Shown: piece by piece, positions 12,055-24,938 of the stretch
Position numbering within the stretch: position 1 is the stretch's first letter
How the letters are laid out: the number at the start of each line of letters is the position of its first letter
Assembly: GCA_951406725.2 (NCBI GenBank)
Contig: OX597817.1
Location: forward strand, 122,636,001 to 122,700,000
Direction of reading: 5' to 3'
Source of the DNA: Octopus vulgaris
Lineage: Eukaryota
DNA length: 64,000 nucleotides
Position numbers and translations under genes: made by a program
The notes under the pieces: generated by a model
What the model was told of the DNA's origin: nothing
What the model saw: only the letters and a program-made list of their open reading frames with translations
Database searches by the model: none

Positions 12055-12270
12055 CACATTATCACCATCGTTTAACATCTGTTTTCCATGGCATGGGTCA
12101 GACGGTTTGACTGAGGTTTGGAGAGCCAGCAACTGCACCAGGCTCCAATCAGATCTTGCAATGTTTCTACAACTAGATGCCAAGAGTGTAGTGGGTGCTT
12201 TTTACATGCCACTGGCATGGGAGCCAGTCAGGGGGTACTGGCATCAGTCACGTTTGGATGGTGCTTTTTA
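12055..12270 (-). mobile_element. RTE LINE 3' end ((GAT)n-tailed family)
   Basis: Matches the 3' UTR of the 31847-32803 element. Confidence 0.8.
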
Positions 12271-12450
12271 TCAAATTTGTTCTTTATATTCAACCACAGG
12301 TCAAATGTAAGGAAATTAGCAAGAAAATATACAAAATTTTGGATAATTCTATAGCTTGAGATTTCATGCTCTTCCAACAAATTGCTCTGCATTCATTCGT
12401 AGAAATATACAATAATATATAAAAGAAATACAAGTACTCATATATACAGC

Positions 12451-12808
12451 TCTCTATATATAAACGGCAGTTTGTCTGTGTGTGTTTCTGTGTGTCTGTT
12501 TGGTTGTACCCTCACTCTGACCACGGCTTTCAACCGATTCTGATGAAACTTGACACACACATAGCCCAATGTCATAATTCAAAACTAACTCAGCGAAAAT
12601 TTTGAAAAGTTCCCCCAGTTCGATAAATTCGACATGGGGTCGAGAATCAGAAACACAAACCAGACTGTCTAGGGGACGCAACTCCACCTTTTTAACTCTC
12701 AAAAAAAATTTACCATCATTTTTTTGCTATATTTTGGCTATAACTATCTAAAAATGCTTTATAGTTATTTCCCTTACAAACCCGAGCAACGCCGGGCGAT
12801 ACTGCTAG
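12451..12808 (+). mobile_element. Non-autonomous Helitron
   Basis: 5' TCtctatatataaa; subterminal hairpin cccgagcaacgccggg (12781-96); 3' CTAG followed by T; no TIR or TSD. Confidence 0.88.
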
Positions 12809-13758
12809 TATATATATATATAAATGTTTGCATGTTTGTGTCTAAAACTGAAAATTATGTCAGGCCAAAATCATAATAAAATGACGTACTGAAAGATGTA
12901 CACATATTTGAATAACCTATCCTAGTAAGGATAACTGACTGATAAATTTATCTTGCGAAGATAAATGAAAGCTGTACAGTTTGAAAATAAGAAAAACAAA
13001 TCTTTGAAGCAGTGGCAATAGTAACAACTGGTATCACTGATAAATCAATGAAGGTTTGTTTTTTTCTTCAATATAATCAAGGCAAAGATATTTGAAGAGT
13101 TGGGTGAACTAGCATTTATTTCATGGATGTGATAGTAACTTGTTTTGGCAATCATCCATGATAATAATTTGTATGTCTGTATGCAGCTGGATAAAACAGA
13201 TGAGTGAAAATAAATTTACAGCTTGTTTTATTTACCATGGAATGAGTAATTAATTAATACTTATAAATGTATTTTAGCATTATTTTTATATTGCATTTTT
13301 TTTAGTCTTTCCATTTTATACACAAAATTATAAAATCTAATTTTAGGAAATGGAATAACAGGGTCCTAAAAACATTACTGTAATCAATAACACTTTTTGG
13401 TGCATTGCCATGCATGTTATAAGGCAATCCTCACTTGTGCTGGTGCCATGAAAGACAAAATAAAGCATGCAGTACACTTTTGAGTGGATTCAGTAAATGG
13501 AAACTGAAAGAAGCCTTTCATAAGTTATATATCTATGTCTGTGTCTTTGTATTTGTGTTTGTTCCTCCCCCACCACTACTTCATAACAGGTGTTGGTGTG
13601 TTTATATCCCTGTAACTTAGCAGTTTGGCAAAAGTGACTGATAGAATAAGTACTAGGCTTACAAAGAATAAGTCCTGGGGCTGATTTGCTTGATTGAAGG
13701 CAGTGCTCCAGCATGGCCACAGTCAAATGACTGAAATGAGTAAAAGAGATGTTTTTAA

Positions 13759-13866
13759 CCTTTAGCACACTGTAGGTGCATCATGGCACCATATGAGTTT
13801 TCAGTCCTGTAGTAACAGGGCAGTGGTAGGGGAAACAATTCTAGAGAAAATGTAGTGTGTTAAAGG
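13759..13866. mobile_element. piggyBac-type MITE (108 bp)
   Basis: TTAA on both sides; TIR cctttagcacact/agtgtgttaaagg. Confidence 0.7.
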
Positions 13867-14559
13867 TTAAATATCACACAGTATTTAATTTATTGCTTTG
13901 TTAATTCTACCAGTCACACATTCAGGTTAAACTACAATATTGATTTCTTGAAGGGAGAGAGTATACATCTGATTTAGTAGGCCCTAGTAAATGACTGGTA
14001 TTTACCTTTATGATTCCCAAAAGAGAAAATGACAATGTGAATCTTGTCAAGATTTGAATTCATGAATTAAAGAGGCATCGTTAATTACACTAATGATCTT
14101 GTAGCTCATCAACCTTGGGGTTAATGATAATATTAAATGACTCCAAGAAATGTCTAATGTTCGTGTTTTGGTCTTCAATGGCATTTAGCAATGAATTGGC
14201 TGTCAGGTGGCAGAAACATGAGAGTGTTGGTCAAAATACTGTTGGTATTTATTCCAGGTCTACATGTCCTGAGATCAAATCCTGTTAAAGTTAGCTTTCT
14301 TTTTCATTATCCTGGGGGTTAATAAAATAAAGTACTACACCAAAATGATGAACTGGCTGAGTTGTTGTTAGAGAATTGTACAATATGTTTCCAATGTCCA
14401 GGTAAGTGTGGTCAATTTATCCATATCAAGCTGAGAGGATGATGCCTTATAAAATAATACCAGGAGACAGCAGGAAATCATCTCTGAATTCACACATGAA
14501 ATTGCATGACAAGGATATAATGTTTGACAAGGATATCACCAGGGAAATGCTGGTTCAGT

Positions 14560-15083
14560 GGAAGGGAAAGAGTGTAGAATGTTAGCTTAACATTCTAGAA
14601 AAAGCGTGGGCTAAAACTACGCGCCTTCACTAGTCAGTTAAGGTGAGACAGTGTCATGTGACAACTTGCTGGGCTGCCTGCTGGAGCCTATGCAGCAAGT
14701 ATTTAAAGGGAAAAATTTGACAAGACAGTCAGTCACCGGCTGACACTCACTGACGGTACATCGAAGAGGCCAGGGAACAGAAGAAAGAAGACATGCACCC
14801 AACACCAGAGCTGAAGACACCTCCGAAAGGGGTGGGGGCCATGCCATGTCAAAACAGTAGAGGAGTAGGGGCCGAAACCGGACATGGTTCCTCCTGATGA
14901 TGTCTTGAGCTAACTGGATCCTATAAAGGAGCTGTTGTGGTAGCAGACCACGAAACATGGTTGTAATTCCTGGGTTAATCTTCTCAAAGATCTGTTCTCT
15001 GTTTCTAACAGCTAAATTACAATAATTAAGGAGAATAGACTGAAGTGTTCCTGTCAGGAAGCACTACCTGGGAAGCACTAACA
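14560..15083 (+). mobile_element. Putative LTR of an LTR retrotransposon with preceding polypurine tract
   Basis: ggaagggaaagag directly before TGTAG (14573); TATA-like tatttaaa near 14701; ends ctaACA (15083); GC-richer than flanks. No second LTR in the window. Confidence 0.4.
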
Positions 15084-16184
15084 ATGGTGAATGAACCCAA
15101 AACCAATGGGAAACTAGTGGAATGAGTTAACTCAGTTATTTCACATTACTCAATAGAAGAGATGAGATAAAAGTTAATTTAGTAGAGATAAAATAAGTGT
15201 TAGTAATTCACCATGGTTAATAGCTGTTCACTTGTTATGAGAAATTAATCAAGCTTGTTCACATGTTTATGTCGTTCCTTATCTTTACCTACAAGTGTTA
15301 TCTTGATATTGACCTCAGTTGATCAACTAAACAAGTCACAGAAGAGCTTCTGGCAGTGAGATGACATCAATGAAATTAAAAGAGACCTGCAATAGACAGC
15401 ATGTTTGATAAAACCTTCAGATGCCTATTTTAAATAGTGATCACTTGCTAAAAGCTCTGAACTGCATCTCGTGTAGTAATGGTTTAATTACTGAATTATA
15501 CAACCAATAAATCTTTCAAGAAACCTTTTGCATCAAATCACCTTGGAGGTTGTTACAGTGTCTGTAACGTTAAATTGAGATGAATGTGTTTAGTCTGGTG
15601 TAGTCATGTTAGTTATTGTGGTTTGAATGATTGAAGATCCAGTAACAAATGAATGAGAAAACAAACTGTTCTGTGAAAGGAGAATTGGAGTAAAATTACT
15701 AATATATATATATATATGTGGGGGCCCTAGGATGCTGAGCATAGACCACTACAGTGCTACAGATCATATGAAAATCTCATTCACAGAAATCTTATTGCTT
15801 TCAGCCTTTGACTTATAGGTAGGGTCTTTGAGAGCAAGTATCATTTTTGTTGTGTTGTACCCACAAAGGTATGGCTATCAATATTTTGTTTTTATTGGAT
15901 GTTTTTTTTTATGAGCAATAGAACATAATGTTAAAGATTAAAGGATTAATCATTGATATATTGCATTTTATGTTTTCATGATTGAGTAGAAATGCATCTG
16001 CACTTAAGCTTTGAAAGATTGTATCCCATCGAGTCGAGATGTTCTGATGAAAGTTTCTGAAGTTGTATCCTATGTTCTGATTGTCAAATGCAGAAAAATT
16101 CTTGTTCAAAGTGTAGATCATGGAATCAAATATCAAAAGACCTTGGGTAAACATGAATGCAACCACACTTGTGTAGGTTATTAA

Positions 16185-16406
16185 CTCTTTTGATACCACT
16201 TGAAACTGCCTCTGGTTCTATCATATAAAGACTGAAATTTATGCTCAAATTCAAATTAAATCTATCATTTTATATTTTTTTTTTTTGTTAGGTTCCAAAT
16301 ATCAGCTGAATAATGCAAAAGATTTATATTATTAAATCTCTTCAAATTATTAATCATTTTAAAAATTAATTAGAAGTCATTTGGCTGAGACATGGTTATG
16401 AATGGG
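16185..16406. mobile_element. Old piggyBac-type MITE
   Basis: TTAA flanks; degenerate TIR ctcttttgatacca/tggttatgaatggg. Confidence 0.5.
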
Positions 16407-16628
16407 TTAAAGAATTAACAAAAAGTTTGAAGTTTGCAGTCTTCTTACACATGGTGCAAAATGCTTAAATAGTCAACAAGGGGAGCTTCATATATTCAGT
16501 CAAACTTGCTAGGAATATCAGCAAGTTATCTTAAAACAAAAGATGACTACATTGGGTAATGCTGTAGTAAACACAACGAGACTTGAAAAAAGAAAACTGG
16601 TGTGATGGTCAGAATCAAAATATATACT

Positions 16629-16659
<31 letters not shown>

Positions 16660-16816
16660 CATACATACATACATACAAAATGCCCTTCAAATAGGAATCC
16701 TACTATCTGATAATGCAAATAAGGAAAAGTGAGCCTCAATAAATGATATGTATGTGTGTATACATATATATACACACATACATATATATGCATACACACA
16801 CACATACACATATATA

Positions 16817-18084
16817 TGAGGGTATCCAAAAGAAATGGGAATTTTGCAATATAATTTTCATTTATTTCACTTTACATGTTTACACTTTTATCACCTTCAA
16901 AGAATTCTCCATTTGAAGCAGTACATCGGTCCAGTCATGTTTTCTACTGTTTGAATCAGTCTTGGAACTCCTGCAAAGTGATGCCTTTCAAAACCTGCAT
17001 TGTTTTTTTCTTCACCTCTTGCACATCTTCAAAACGTTTTCCTTTCAGGACTTTTTTCATTTGGGGTCTCAAAAAAAAGTTGCGGGGAGCAAGATTGGGT
17101 GAATAGAGAAGGTGGGTAAGCTGGGATATGCCATTTTTGGTCAAAAACTGTTTTACACTCAAGGCAGTGTTCACAGGCACATTGTTGTGAAGAAATCACC
17201 ACTCTCTACTTTGTCACAGGTCGTGGTGCTTTCATCTCACCACATCTCACAAATGCTTCAGAACAGCCTAAATGTCTGGTTAACAGTTTGAATAAGAGGA
17301 ACAAATTCTGTGTAGACAATTCCTTTCACATCAATGAAATAAACCATATTGGACTTCACTTGATGTGCTTTTTTGGGGCATGGTAATATTGAATGCTTCC
17401 ATTGCTTTGTTTCCAAGTTGTAGCCATAGCACCAGCTTTCAGTGATGACCTTCAAGAAGAGATCTGGATCATCTTCCAAGTGTTCTTTCAGTTAATGTCA
17501 TGCTTTTAGTCATGACTGCTTTTGATCTTCTGCGAGCAAGCGAGGCACAAATTTTGCAATTCCTCCCCCAAAATTCGTTGGCAGGAGCTCCAGGACACAC
17601 CAGTCATATCAACGAATTCGTCAATTATTCTGTGGTGGTCCTCCAATATCAGTTCATGAAATTTTGTGGATGTTTTCATTCATTTAGGAGGTTGATAGTT
17701 GCCCTTATCAAAGTTGGTCTTCAAGCAACAAGTGACCATTTCTGAAGGGTGAAAGCCACTCATAATTTTGTGTTTTGCTCATGGCAGTGTCCTTGTAAGC
17801 TGTTTGAAGCAAGACAACTGTTTAAGCCACCATTTTCCTCAGCAGAAAACAGAATTTCATGGAAGCACACTATTCCTTCATTTCAGCCATCTCAAAAATC
17901 AACATACAGGGGAAAAGCCCTGCAAAACAGAGATTCCCCACATGGCAGCACAACATCATCAGGGACGCTGGTCAGCAGACTGATGCCTGAGGTTTGCATC
18001 AAGTGGCTTCTAGCAGTGGAAGCTTGAACTACCACAGGCTTGTCCCACAGAGAACGTTTTCGGTTACTTTTTGGTACCCCCTTA
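16817..18084 (-). mobile_element. mariner (DD34D-type) transposon, decayed
   Basis: TA-flanked degenerate TIRs related to CGAGGGGGTACCCAAAAGTAACC; remnants KVITESWCYGYNLETKQ and LYSPNLAPRNFFLRPQMKKVLKGKRFEDVQEVK. Confidence 0.9.
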
Positions 18085-19097
18085 TATATATGAGCTAATG
18101 CATGTAACTCTCAGCCCCTGAGTCCCTCAGTTATATCTGTTAAATACTGATTTCAGATTTTGGCACAAGGACAGTGATTTGAGAAGAGTGTGTAAGTCGA
18201 TTACATTGACCCAGTGTTCAAGTGGTACTTATTTTATTGACCCTGAAAAGACATAATATTGAGAGAGTGTGAGTTTTGGTTAATACAATGATAATTTTTC
18301 CACCTTGTTAGTCCTCTCAGCCAAGTACAGCCTGCTTACCAGACATTTAGTGGATGTAGCTTTAATGAAAAAATAGTTCAAAACAATGATATAAGTTAGT
18401 TTCCCTAGGAAGCTTCTTGAATGAAAATATGTACATTAAGTGCAGGAAAGAAATGAGTCAATTTTTTCTACTAAAGGCACAAGACCTGAAATTTTATGGG
18501 AGGGGCTAGCCAATTGCATCAACCTCAGTGATTCACTGGTACTTAATGTATCGACCCTGAAAGGATAAAAGGCAAAGTTGACCTTGGCAGAATTTGAACT
18601 CAGAATGTAATGCCAGAAGAAATGCTGCTAAGCATTTTGCTTGGCCTGCTAACAATTCTACCAGCTCACCACCTTGTTATTAGCTATCATGAGTATCAAC
18701 TTCAAATATGTTTCATTTATCCTTTAGGCAATCTCCTCAATGAAACATAATCATCATATGAATTACTAAAATCACAGAATTAATTAAGGACAATACACTT
18801 TTAGTGAGAATCATACTCTGATTAGGAAATTCGAAATAATGTTTTTTTAAAAATTTAGGTACAAGGCTAACAATTTCTAATGGTTGGAGTGAATTAATAC
18901 CATCGGCCCCTGAATTTGAGTAGTACATTTATTCAATTAAATATGGAAGAATGAAAGCAAAGTAACAAGATTGACCTTGGTAGGATTTGAACTCAGAACA
19001 TAGAGAATCAAAAGAAATAGTGAAAGGCAATTTTTTTTCTCCAATGCTCAAGTGATTCCACCATTCCACCACTTTGTAGAGAAGTTAAAATAACAGT

Positions 19098-19492
19098 TTT
19101 AAATTTTGTCACAAGGGCAGCTATTTTAGGGGAGGGGAGGGGTCAATGTAATTGACCCCAGTGTTCAACAGGTACTTATTTTATCGACCCCGAAAATATG
19201 AAAGGTAAAGTTGACTTCAGTGGAAATTAAACTCCGAATGTAGTGATGGGGAAAATACCTATTTCTTTACTACCCACAAGGTGCTAAACACAGGGGACAA
19301 ACAAGGACAGACAAATGGATTAAGTTGATTCCATCGACCCCAGTGCATAACTGGTACTTAATTTATCAACCCCTTAAAAGGATGAAAGGCAAAGTCGACC
19401 TTGGCAGAATTTGAACTCAGAATGCAGTAGTGGACAAAATACCCCTGAGCAGTTCGCCCGGCGTGCTAACGTTTCTGCCAACTCGCCACCTT
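19098..19492 (-). mobile_element. SINE family B head-to-tail dimer
   Basis: Head ggtggcgagttggcagaaacgttagc, B box gagttcaaattc, core gtcgactttgcctttcatcctt..taagtacc (resembles the Sauria/Meta-type SINE domain, from memory). Confidence 0.85.
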
Positions 19493-19946
19493 GAAGAACT
19501 TAAAATAAGGCCCACAGAAAATTTCCCCAAAGATATCTGTTGAATGAAAGGCATACATTTATCTACCATAAAAAAAAATCACCTGTTTTAACACTCTGCT
19601 AGATTAGTATTTCCAGTAGTAAAAGTGCCAGGTTTTCCTGGTGGGGCTCACATGGGATGAAACAAAGCTGGACAAATTGCTGTGCTTAAGAAAATCAATA
19701 CAGTGTTTATGAATTTTTAAATTTGGCTGAACCCATGGGAAAGAATATGGATACAAACTCAATTTTGTCTATTCATTATTAAAGACTAGAAATCCCCAAA
19801 TTTCATTTATTTTTCTTTTCTTTTTTCCTTTTGGGGGTTACAGCTTAGTAATTGTTTTTTGTGGATCCCTGCAGTAGAGGACATCTATTTTACAATTCTT
19901 TCAACATCAATACTATTCCCTTCTAACACTGCGCACACACACACAA

Positions 19947-20370
19947 CATCATCATCATCATCATTTAATGTCCTTTTTCTATACTGGCATGTGATGAATG
20001 GCTCGACTGGAGCTGCTCCTAGCCAGGAGCCACACTAGATCCCATAGTCTGTTTTGGTTTAATTTCTATGGCTGGATACCCTTCCTAATGCCAACCACTT
20101 TACAGAGTTTACAAAGTGTTTTTTTACATGGCACCATTACCAATGCTTATTATGTGGAACCCTCTTCAGTGTTTTTCATGTGGCACCTTGCTTTTAGGAT
20201 ATCAATTCTGCTGTGGTGGGCAGGTCTTCTTGAGTACAGCAAGGTCATTTGTCATTTTCTTCATAAGGATCAACATTTTGAGATCAGTCTTCAGTACTTT
20301 GTCCCATGTCTCCTTAGATCTCCCTCTTCCACACTTTCCATCCAATTTAAGTGACTGACACTCCTTTATG
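19947..20370 (-). mobile_element. Old RTE LINE 3' end
   Basis: (CAT)n tail, ggctggata.ccttcctaatgccaacc, and a decayed GKCGRGR-like end of the ORF. Confidence 0.7.
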
Positions 20371-21477
20371 TTGTTTTAAATTCCTTAAACTTTATGTAAA
20401 GCATGGAAGATCTCCATCTGTCTTAATTTCTAGCAATGGATTGTAGTTTCCCCCAAGTGCAATCACATGCAAATACAATAATTTCTGTGGACCTTTACCA
20501 TGTTAAGCCCTCTGATGGACATCCCAAAAGAGACAGAAGCAAAGCAGACCAAAAGCACTGTATGAAGTGACATAAAAAAAGGTGTTTAACCATTAAAAAT
20601 CTATTTGAACTTTAAATAAGTGACCTTCGCCTATATTTAGCTATGAGGTCTATTTGAGGATGATGGTAGTCCCTCATAGTCTGAGAAAGATGGTTCTGCA
20701 ATTTTTTGATAAGCAACCTGCACAAATGATTCATTTATAGGGATCAAGTGTTTGTGCTGTGCTGTGGTGTGCTGTGCTTGTGCTCACTCCCAGCGTTAAA
20801 TTGACATTGTTTGAACAGGTATGTGGTTTACCACAAAGGCGTTGATGTGATTGCAAAGCAACATGAGATGAAGTGTTTTGCTTGCTCAAGAATGTCAGGA
20901 ATTGAAACCACAATTTCACATTCATGAGTGAAACACCCTAACCACTCAGCCATGTGTCCTCAATGCTTTACTAAGTGACACCCATCAATAATTTAACCTT
21001 CAAAGGTGGTGAGCTTGCAGAATCATTAACACACTGGGAAAAATGCTAAGTAACATTTTATCTGTTTTTACTCTCTGAGTTCTAATTCTGCTGAGGTCAA
21101 CTTCTCCTATCACCCTTTTGAGGTCGATAAAATAAGTACCAGTTGAACCCAGGGCTCAATGTGATCAACTTAACACTTCACATGAAATTGCCAGCTTTGT
21201 GCTAAAATTTCAAAACAATAATTTAACCTTCACCAGTCTTACATTCTTCCTTCTTAGCACAGTATTAATTTATCATTACTTATTCTTAACAGTCACAATA
21301 TTAACAGTCATCTTTGAGACAGAACAATTTCCTGTTTTAAGACAATACTAGTTAGCAACCACATGTTGATTGTTAAAATATTCTATTTCAACTTGGCTTT
21401 GAGACACTCAATGATATTAAGTCATTTACAGTCTTCCGTTTAAACACTGTACTGGATGATCATCATGTATCTTTTGT

Positions 21478-21778
21478 CCCTTACATGTTTCATTGATTCA
21501 ATTGTGGCCATGCTGGAGCACTGTCTTAAAGAGTTTAGGTGAACAAATTGACATCAGTACTTTTCTGAGTTTTTTTTCTTTTTGAAGCCTGGCACTTATT
21601 CTATCGGTCTCTTGTTGCCAAACTACTAAGTTATAGGGGACATAAACAAACCAATACCAGTTGTCAAGCAGTGGTGAGGGACAAACACAACATGTGTGTG
21701 GATGCATGCACAAGCACACACACACACACGCATATGCACACACTCACGCACATGCATTCACACACACAAACACTCATG

Positions 21779-21826
<48 letters not shown>

Positions 21827-21990
21827 AAATGGGTTTTTTTCACCTTTCATCTACTGAATCCACTCACAAGGCTTTGGTTGCCTGAGCTACAGTTGAAAAC
21901 ACTTGTTATTCAAGGTGCCCAACATTGGGTCTGAACCCAAGACCACATGGCTGGGAAGCAAGCTTCTTAACCACACAATCTGCACCTATA
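21478..21990 (-). mobile_element. SINE family A, older copy with expanded (CA)n
   Basis: Reverse head and tail motifs of family A. Confidence 0.8.
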
Positions 21991-22293
21991 CAAAGCCATG
22001 CCTGAACCTATGTATGTTTAAATTTCAACTATTTTCTATTTTACTACATTTTCCACTGACATCACAAAATATTTTAACTTATAAATCTATTTTGACAGCA
22101 TAAAAGTTTACTTTCATTGTTATCAACCATCAGCTATCTTCTCAGTATCATTTACCTATACTTAATTATCAAGTGTTCTACTTGCTGACACTAACTGACA
22201 AGAAAAATTGGCTAAAAGTTCTGGATTTTAGCCTATTCCAGTTTTTAACCCACATTTACCTATAAATTCCCTACTTAACCCTAGACACATATA

Positions 22294-22711
22294 TGAGGAG
22301 GTACCCAAAAGTAACTGGAAACGTTCTCTGTGGGACAAGCCCATTGTAGTTCAGACTTCTGCTGCTAGAAGCCCCTTGATGCAACCCTCAGATATCAGTT
22401 TGCCAACTGGCAGCTGAAAGAATAGTTGGAAGTTGATGCAGACCTTCTTTTTCGAAGGTCATCACTGGTGACAAAAGCTGGTGCTACGGAATTTGCCGAT
22501 GAGGAAAAGGTGAAGAAAAAAATCATGGAGGCATTAAAAGGCATCACTTTGCAAAAAGTTCCAGCATTAAACTGAGGAAAAAATCATCTGGACAGATGCA
22601 TTGCTTCAAGTGGAGAATATGTTGAAGGCAGTAAAAATGGTAAACATGTAAAACTAAGTGAATAAAATGATATTGCAAAATTCTGGGGTTTTTTTGCAAG
22701 GTACCACCTCA
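22294..22711 (+). mobile_element. Internally deleted derivative of the 16817-18084 mariner family
   Basis: Same TIRs and 5' leader; retains only KVITGDKSWCYG and C-terminal pieces. Confidence 0.85.
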
Positions 22712-23049
22712 TATGTATATTTAACCTACTCCTAATTTGCTCTCTCACTGCAACCATTTCTTTTGTTTCCACTAGCTTCTTTAGGTTTAGTCTTTATCCA
22801 AATAAATTTAACGTTTCATTCACATTTACATGTACTCGTGTTTTCATTCTATTTTGTTTGGTAAAACCATTATTGGATTTTCATGCCACACAAAGCACAC
22901 TTTACATTCATTTTCATAATCACTTTTTCTGATAAAATTTTGTTCAAAATTTCATTTGCCAATACTTCAGTTTTTCTCTCACTCAATTAAAATAAAACCC
23001 CATCAGAATCATTTCATATTATTCTGCTGAGAATTCTACTGAGACACAA

Positions 23050-23376
23050 AGGCTCGTGGTCGATTGGTTAGGAGTATTTCGCTCATGGTTGTAACATCAT
23101 GAGTTTGTTTCCTGGTAGAGCCTTATTTTCTTGAGCAAGACACTTAATTTATTTCATGTTGCTCCACTTCACTCAGTTGTCAAAAATTAGTTACATCTGT
23201 AATTCAAAGGGCCAGCCTTATTACTTTCTGTGTCGCACTGAATCTCCTTGAGAACTATGTTAAGAGCATACCTGTCTGTGGAGTGTCCAGCCACTTGTAT
23301 ATTAATTTCAATAGCAGGCTGTTCTGTTGATCAGATTTACCAGAAGCCTTGTCATCATAGCTGATGGAATGCAAGT
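23050..23376 (+). mobile_element. tRNA-derived SINE family D variant
   Basis: ttcttgagcaagacactt..ttcatgttgctcca.ttcactca central domain; homologous to 63665-63985. Confidence 0.75.
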
Positions 23377-23468
23377 CTAATAAGAATTCTCTCTCTCTCT
23401 CTTTCACCAACATTCTTTTAGATATTTACCAATGTTCTCTCATGATTTCATTTCCTCTTTTTATTTAA

Positions 23469-24154
23469 CCCTTTAGCATTCACTTTATTCTGTCACAAGT
23501 AATGCTTATTCTTTCAATTTGTTATGAATTAATCATGCGTTATCTTGTAGCATTGAGATTGTGATGAGGCACACTCTCTCTTGCACACTACATCTTATTC
23601 CTCTTAAGTCTAACTTTCCTCTCACACACATATGTACATACATATATATACACATACACATGCACACATATATACTAATACCTAAATATATATATTTATA
23701 TATATATATGTATGTATATATATATATATCTGAGGCAAGAGATAATTTTTTAGAATGACATTGTAGGGTAGACTTGAGAAACCAGATCTTGCCAGTTCAA
23801 ACATAAAACAGCTAGAATATTTTGGCTGGATATTGTTTGTTCCTTTCAAAGCCCTCATAGGGCTAGTTTCCTGGTTTCCTTGGCGTATAGGTTCCCCACC
23901 TGGACAGGACACCGGTCCATTGCAGATAAGATGTAAGTGGAAAGAGTGAGAGAAAGTTATGGTGAATGAGTCAGCTGAAGTTCACCATTACCTTCTGCCG
24001 GAGCCATGTGGAGCTTAGGTGTTTCACTCATAAACACACACATCGCCCGTTCTGAGATTTGAACCCGTGATCCCTCGACCGTGAGTCCACTGCTCTAACC
24101 ACTAGGCCATGTGCCTCCACTTGGTTGGATATGGCCGGTTTAAATGATAAAGAG
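23469..24154. mobile_element. piggyBac-type MITE carrying two nested insertions
   Basis: TTAA-ccctttagcatt ... aatgataaagag-TTAA; nested inserts at 23572-23730 and 23834-24120. Confidence 0.75.
23834..24120 (-). mobile_element. tRNA-derived SINE (family C head, V-domain-like 3' part) with 12-bp TSD
   Basis: tggcctagtggttagagc A box, gggttcaaatctc B box; TSD ttgg(c/t)tggatat at 23822-33 and 24121-32. Confidence 0.85.
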
Positions 24155-24395
24155 TTAAATCCCATCTCTCCCTCTCATTCTTTATTATTCCCTATGAACC
24201 TCTCTCACTCTCTTTGATATTCTTCTTGAAATCTTTTTGGGATTAATTCATACCTCTACTTCCTTCCCTTAATTCAGTCTTTTTTCTATTTAAACCCCTT
24301 TATTTTATTTTAGAGTTCACTGTTTTATCAACCATGCTTTTCCCCACATTTCTCCCATTTTATCCACTTCAGAGTCTTTTATTTATCATTCGAAT

Positions 24396-24434
24396 GACCA
24401 ATCAAACTGATTATGTAAACAGAATTCTGATTGG
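24396..24434. promoter_or_regulatory. Candidate promoter: two opposed CCAAT boxes flanking a Forkhead motif
   Basis: CCAAT 24398, TGTAAACA 24414, ATTGG 24430 in apparently non-repetitive sequence; motif-only evidence. Confidence 0.25.
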
Positions 24435-24938
24435 TAGAAAGTGTCTTCTAGTCTCAAGCTCTGATTTTCTGCCTGTTCTTATCAGAACTTTTGATATGGA
24501 GTATCGAAATTTTAATCCCTTTCACACTTATAAAATGTCAAGCAAACTTTAAAATCTGTCATTACCGTTTTAGCCGGGAGACCAAACTGATAAGTTTGGT
24601 AACCTGTTGAAATAGACATTAAAAATTGAAAGGAGAAAATAAGCAGTTTTGCAAGTTTAACTCAGTGTTTCTTAAACAAGAGAGGTGCGAAATTTAAGAA
24701 GCGACTTGTTAGAATATACATGTCTGTGAGAAGACATAAGCAAGAATAGCAAAAATCTACTATACCAAAAGAACTGGTAATACATACATTACAAGTGTTC
24801 TATGAAGAGAACCTAAGATTACTGCGTAATTCAACATGAATGTGAAACTACATTAAACATTGTATAAGATAAATGAAGGTTTCTGTAGGAATGCTAAGTC
24901 ATATTCACTTAGTGAGTTTACATGCACAAGGATGAATT

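Noticed and set aside
14345-14407. Perfect splice donor CAG|gtaagt
   Set aside because: The upstream sequence resembles a decayed SINE B head; no acceptor or recognisable coding.
14810-14965. Two hammerhead core-like motif pairs in the putative LTR
   Set aside because: Stem II does not close at the core, and stems I and III do not form.
15990-16184. Short open, Cys-rich frames in non-repeat sequence
   Set aside because: No recognisable motif and weak splice signals; cannot be supported.
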